Assembly (NCBI GenBank): GCA_963674965.2
Contig: CAXXFL010000004.1
Location: 128,001 to 192,000, forward strand
Reading direction: 5' to 3'
From: a bacterium
Lineage (GTDB): Bacteria; RBG-13-61-14; DATKZS01
Length of the DNA: 64,000 nt
Shown: in pieces, positions 59,496 to 64,000 of the stretch
Layout: the number at the start of each line of letters is the position of its first letter
Position numbering within the stretch: position 1 is the stretch's first letter
Notes under the pieces: model-generated
The model's database searches: none
Seen by the model: only the letters and a program-made list of their open reading frames with translations
What the model was told of the DNA's origin: nothing
Translations under genes and position numbers: made by a program

Positions 59496-62240
59496 TCAGG
59501 AAAAATTGCCGCGCCCGCGAGCAAGAAAACTCGCGCCGATGGATAATAGGCCGGCCAGTCCAGCCCAAACGCCAACTCGGAAGGAATAAGGACGGTAAAG
59601 GAACTCGACCCGGGCCTTGCCGTCGGGAACTTCAACCGCCCGAAAAGCATGATTGGCCCGAATGATCCTCGCGTCCTTACCCTCCACCTTGGCCGCCCAT
59701 CCCGGATAGTAGGCGTCGGAAAGAACCAGGAGCACGGGACCCTCGCCGTCGGTATCCACCACCACTCTTTGATGGCCGTATTCCACAACGCGGGCTTTGG
59801 CCAGGTCTTGTTTGCCGGGTTTGACCAAAGTTACGTCCGAGGCGGAGACCGCCGCGTATAGCCTGGCTCCTCCCAGTTCGACCATCCTCCGGAGAGTCTC
59901 GTGGGGACCGTTAACGAGAGAGACCCGGCCGGCCACATAGGCCCGGGGCCAGGCGGCGCCGTTCTCGTAAACCCTTATGCCGTTCTGGAAGGAGTCCTCC
60001 ATGATCGGCTCGTCCCTGCCCACTCGAGGGTCGCCCCAGAGGGCCCAGTCGTTATCGCCCGTTTTGCCGGGCAAGGTGGAAAAAGACATCCGGTCACGCT
60101 CGAGGTCGTATACGTCGGCGGATTTCCACGAGTCGTCCGACGGCCGTCTCGGGTCAAGGTACCGGCACCAGCCAAGGGTCGGGTCCCTGCCTTCCCCGAT
60201 CAGGGTGAACCAGACGCCGTCTCCAGGCTTATCCTTGATAGACGGGTCCACGCCTCCGGAGACCAGGACGGGCATCCTTTTCTTTTGCCGGTTAAAGCTG
60301 GTCGTTTTTAGGGTCCTGGCGTTGAGTCTCCACTTGGAGGGCGGGTGAGCGAACAAACAGTCGCGAAGGTCTCCGTTTATCTCCACTCGCTTCTTCCCCG
60401 AGTAAAGAGGGCCAGGGGCAATAAGCTGCCCCGTTTCCAGTATCCAATCGACGGTCTGGTTTTCCGGTTGTCTTCTTTTCGTGAGCTGGTACCTGATACC
60501 GGCCATGTCCCGGAGAGTCAGCCACTTTATCTGGAAGGGCATCCGCAGCGAGTGATACTTCATGAAATGGGCGTATAGCTCATCGCCTTTCAAAAACGTC
60601 ATGGCCCAGAATATGTCGGCGCTTTCCCGTAAGATAAGGGCCTCGGCCACTCCCACGTCGTTGACCGGGGCCACGGCCCCCATGTTGGAGACGAAAACCT
60701 CCTCGTCCGCCGCCACGCGGGCGAGAGGATGGTCCAACGCGATCTCGCGAAGGGGACGAAAGTCCCGTTTAGCCGCGTTCCAGAAAATAAAGGCATGGTT
60801 GACGGATGACGCCGCCACCAGCTCGATGGCCACGATGGCCGTGAGGGACCATGTCCGATAAGCGCCAAGGCGGCGGAAACTGAAGCCCGCTTTCCGCGAG
60901 GGACGAAGAGGAAACAAGCCGATTGCGGCCGCGCACGCGCAAAGCGTCAAAGCGGTCAGCAAGGCGCCGTTCATGAAAGGGGCCTTCTCCGCTCCGGCCA
61001 GGTCCGAGAAGCGTACTCGAGCCAGGATGGTCAGGAAGGCGACGACGACGGCCGCCGCCGGCAAGAGCAGACTCGAGCCGCGCCTTCTAAGCCCATCCGC
61101 TGTCTTGCCCGCCAGGATGGCGGCGGAAAAGGCGATCAGGGGCTGAGTGTACTTGATATAGGTAAGCTGATCGAGCCCGGGCAGGCTAGCGATCAGACTG
61201 AAAGGAGGCAGGGCGAAAATGACGCCCATCGAGGCGATCATGGCCGAGGCGAAAAATGCGTCCGTCCTGGTCCTCGGCCGCGCGGCGGCGGCCAGGGCCA
61301 AAACTAGGACCATGGACCCGATGTAAGGGAAGAGCTTCACCAGCTCGACGCTGGACAGGGCCTGGTTCAGGGGGCCGTAAAAACCGGGGGCCGCGGCCGT
61401 TATGGCGCCGGCGGCGGGAACGCTGGCCGCGCCAATGGCCGCCGTGTGAAAGTTCCAGGCCTTGGAGACGAACTCCAGGAAGGGAAGTGCTTGGGGAAGA
61501 CAGATTAAGCCGGCCGCTACGGCCGCGGCCGCGAGGCGCATGATCTGTCCCCGCCTCCACGAGTGGGAAACCTTCACGAAGAACATGCCGTAAGCGAAAC
61601 CGAAGGCCAGGGTGAACGCGGCCGATCCGGGCTGTCCGCCCAGCGCGATAAGCGCGATCGCCAGGATGGTCAGGAGGAACTCCCTCGTGCCTCCTTTTTT
61701 CGCCAGCGCGTCGACGGCGATAAACAGGAAGGGAATGAGAACGTCGATGGCCACGTTAAGGTCGGCGACATACTGGACGAGGTAGCCGGTCAAGGCGAAG
61801 GCGGCCGAGGAAAGGAACGACGCGGCTTTGCCCGCGCCGATTCTTCTGGAGAACAGGAACGTTCCCCATCCGGCCAGTACCAGCCTGCCGATGAGAAAGG
61901 GGACCATGGCTTTCTCGAGGGGCAGGACGAGCATCGCGGCCATGAGAGGCGAGAGGCACGCGGACTGATAATTGGCCAGGAGAGGGCAGCCGAAAAGGTT
62001 GTAGGAGTTCCAAAGGGGAAAAAACCCGCTTCTCCAGCTCTCGATCTCAATCCTCGACCAGGGGAACCAGCCGATGGTCGGGTAAATGTCCCTGTAGGTC
62101 TTGAAGAAAAGGTCGGAGCCGGAAAAAAGCTCGTTCCTGAACGCCGCCGCCAACAGCAGGGAGAGTCCGGCTATTACGAGAGCGTGGTCAAGAAAGCCGT
62201 CGCGTCCGCGAGACGTCGGCGAGTATTTTCTCATGGCCAT
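59496..62240 (-). CDS. YfhO family (GT-C-like) membrane protein
   Basis: PLWN....G.PLLAN.Q, many TM, WPRAY, LVLSDAYYPGW.A.V, AN.AFRAV, YRP. Confidence 0.88.
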   Translation of the reverse strand: MAMRKYSPTSRGRDGFLDHALVIAGLSLLLAAAFRNELFSGSDLFFKTYRDIYPTIGWFPWSRIEIESWRSGFFPLWNSYNLFGCPLLANYQSACLSPLMAAMLVLPLEKAMVPFLIGRLVLAGWGTFLFSRRIGAGKAASFLSSAAFALTGYLVQYVADLNVAIDVLIPFLFIAVDALAKKGGTREFLLTILAIALIALGGQPGSAAFTLAFGFAYGMFFVKVSHSWRRGQIMRLAAAAVAAGLICLPQALPFLEFVSKAWNFHTAAIGAASVPAAGAITAAAPGFYGPLNQALSSVELVKLFPYIGSMVLVLALAAAARPRTRTDAFFASAMIASMGVIFALPPFSLIASLPGLDQLTYIKYTQPLIAFSAAILAGKTADGLRRRGSSLLLPAAAVVVAFLTILARVRFSDLAGAEKAPFMNGALLTALTLCACAAAIGLFPLRPSRKAGFSFRRLGAYRTWSLTAIVAIELVAASSVNHAFIFWNAAKRDFRPLREIALDHPLARVAADEEVFVSNMGAVAPVNDVGVAEALILRESADIFWAMTFLKGDELYAHFMKYHSLRMPFQIKWLTLRDMAGIRYQLTKRRQPENQTVDWILETGQLIAPGPLYSGKKRVEINGDLRDCLFAHPPSKWRLNARTLKTTSFNRQKKRMPVLVSGGVDPSIKDKPGDGVWFTLIGEGRDPTLGWCRYLDPRRPSDDSWKSADVYDLERDRMSFSTLPGKTGDNDWALWGDPRVGRDEPIMEDSFQNGIRVYENGAAWPRAYVAGRVSLVNGPHETLRRMVELGGARLYAAVSASDVTLVKPGKQDLAKARVVEYGHQRVVVDTDGEGPVLLVLSDAYYPGWAAKVEGKDARIIRANHAFRAVEVPDGKARVEFLYRPYSFRVGVWAGLAGLLSIGASFLARGRGNFS

Positions 62241-62317
62241 GATAAAATCTTAGCCCGGCGCCGTGCTCCGATCAATATTGTCGGGACCGGCTGTCGGTAC
62301 CGGTTGTCGGTGCCGGG

Positions 62318-63148
62318 CTACTCCTTTTTATTCTTTCCGAACAGGACCTCCATGAACTTTCCGGCGGCCAGTTCCATCATGACCTGCCTGGGCACGCAGT
62401 GCTGGGGTGCGAAGGTCCGGATGTATTCGATCTCCTCTTCCGTCGGGGTGGGCGGCGGCTTGATGGGGTCGGCCACTTTCAGGTCCCAGGGGACCTTGGC
62501 CTTGATATCTTCCGCGGTGAAGCCGGGGAGGAGACTCTCGAGGTAAATCTCCTTGGTGACCTTGTCGAAGCGGAAGATGCCCTCCGTGCTGATCAGCATG
62601 GTGGGACCGCTTCCCTTGGGGAAAAGGCCCGAGTCGTCCCTTTCGCTCCCGCCGCCGAGATAGCCCGGCGAGGTGAAGTAATCGAGCTTCTCCACGAACT
62701 CGCCGTTCCTAAGGGTCAGGATGGTCTCCTGGGCGTAGGCGATGAAGTCGGGCGCGCCGCCCGCGCCGGTCAGCCTCATGCCGGTGGTGGGTCCTCCCTC
62801 CATGAAGGAGGTGTTGAGGTTGCCGTACCTGTCCACCTGCCCCACCCCCAGTATGGCCTTGTCCACGAAGCCCCGGTAATTGATGGTGGTGAAGGTATTG
62901 AACAGGTCCTCGGCGCAGGCGAAGCCGCGAAGGCACATGACGTCCGCGATGTGGTTGGGCGGGACCTGGGGCTCGAAGTCGATGATCCCCGCCTCGGTCA
63001 TGAGCACGCAGTTGGGCGCGTTAATGGCCTTGGCCAGGCCGCCGGCCGTGGTGGGAAGACCCACGCCAAGGATGACCTTGTCGCCGTCCTTGATCTCGCG
63101 CGCCACCGCGATGATCATGAGTTCCTCTTTAGTCGCTTTTTTCGACAT
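62318..63148 (-). CDS. Family I CoA-transferase subunit B (GctB/PcaJ-like)
   Basis: AREI.DG, GVGLP, catalytic TEAG, QVDRYGNLN, GAGGA, DYFTSPG. Confidence 0.9.
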   Translation of the reverse strand: MSKKATKEELMIIAVAREIKDGDKVILGVGLPTTAGGLAKAINAPNCVLMTEAGIIDFEPQVPPNHIADVMCLRGFACAEDLFNTFTTINYRGFVDKAILGVGQVDRYGNLNTSFMEGGPTTGMRLTGAGGAPDFIAYAQETILTLRNGEFVEKLDYFTSPGYLGGGSERDDSGLFPKGSGPTMLISTEGIFRFDKVTKEIYLESLLPGFTAEDIKAKVPWDLKVADPIKPPPTPTEEEIEYIRTFAPQHCVPRQVMMELAAGKFMEVLFGKNKKE

Positions 63149-63998
63149 CTATCAAAAACCCCCTTTCCTCGAGGATATTCTCGATCTCTTGTCTGGTCTT
63201 GCCCCAGTACCTCATCTTGCCCTCCTCGTCCCACATGGAGTCGAAGGCCGCGCCGTAGTCCGCCGGAGCCGAGTAATAAGGCCGGGCCATGAGGGCGTCC
63301 AGGCTTTTCTTGCCGAACTTCCGGACGTAGCGCTCGATATAGGACGCCCGGTCCTCCACGCCGTAGACCCACTCGTCCATCCAGGCCATGAAGCCCTCCT
63401 CCGTCTTGTTGGCCATGTCGGCCAGGGACCAGAAAAGAACGTCCAGGTTGTAGCAGCCCGAAAGCTCGGCGGGATGGGCCCCAAGCGGCTCCTCGATGAC
63501 CGCGTCCACCCGGAAGCCGGGAACGATGGTGTTGTGGGGACTGCTCTTGACAATGTCCTCGTGGACGATCTCCTCGCAGCTCACGATCACCTTCTTGCTG
63601 GCAAGGCAAGCCCACTTGACCGACCCCAGGGCCCCCCAGTACTGGGCGTTCCCGTGCCTGTCGGCCCGCTGGACGTGAACGACGCACACGTCGGGGTTGA
63701 CGCCCTGGACCACGGGTATGGGCTTTTTGGTATAAGGGCACTCGACCACCCGGAACTTGTCCTCCCCCATGAAGTCACGGACCTTGAACACGTCCGAGGT
63801 CATGATCGCCGGAAGCACGGGCATAAAGGAATAGCCCATGGCCCCGGCCGTGAGCATGGCGTTGTAGGTGAAGTTCGAGAAATCCTCGGCCCGAACCTTG
63901 CCCGCCCGCTGGCGGCGCTCGAGCATGCTGCCGCCCGAGCGGCCGCCCGAGCGAAGGCAATAGGTCAGCACCGCCCGGTCCACGCAGCCGCCGGCAAT
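63129..63998 (-). CDS. Family I CoA-transferase subunit A (GctA/PcaI-like), 5' end outside window
   Basis: Open to the edge; AGAMG..F.P, PDV..VHVQRAD..GN, EEIV, GAHP. Confidence 0.9.
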   Translation of the reverse strand: MAGGCVDRAVLTYCLRSGGRSGGSMLERRQRAGKVRAEDFSNFTYNAMLTAGAMGYSFMPVLPAIMTSDVFKVRDFMGEDKFRVVECPYTKKPIPVVQGVNPDVCVVHVQRADRHGNAQYWGALGSVKWACLASKKVIVSCEEIVHEDIVKSSPHNTIVPGFRVDAVIEEPLGAHPAELSGCYNLDVLFWSLADMANKTEEGFMAWMDEWVYGVEDRASYIERYVRKFGKKSLDALMARPYYSAPADYGAAFDSMWDEEGKMRYWGKTRQEIENILEERGFLIDVEKSD

Positions 63999-64000
63999 GA

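Noticed and set aside
63930-63953. 12-bp tandem duplication (RSGG-RSGG) in CoA-transferase subunit A
   Set aside because: In frame, two copies only; no evidence of phase variation.

Overview
GC-rich, gene-dense chromosomal segment from a bacterium whose gene content suggests an anaerobic deltaproteobacteria-like lineage (inference). It holds about 60 CDS and one tRNA-Lys(CUU). No rRNA, CRISPR array, intact IS or prophage was seen. Main blocks: acyl-CoA catabolic genes; a dtxR-feoA-feoA-feoB-Cys-rich peptide iron-uptake locus with three operator palindromes; a B12 radical SAM/DUF169 pair; two HDAC-family deacylases; an orphan sugar ABC binding protein and permease; a 10-gene MoxR/DUF58/VWA/TPR (Bat-type) operon; priA; a GldAFG-DUF4340-type ABC operon; a kinase-receiver-OFA transporter-acs-acuC-(CoA-transferase::GNAT) acetate module; a GH28; dapA-dapB; YfhO; and a two-subunit CoA transferase. 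Signals the ORF track misses: a UGA-recoded selenoprotein (peroxiredoxin-like, UxxC plus a SECIS-like hairpin), a ~220-bp MITE-like insertion with a 12-bp direct repeat, a 46-aa basic small protein, a possible recombinase relic pointing into the tRNA, and apparent enrichment of the palindrome CTCGAG. All calls come from motif recognition by eye; no searches were run.
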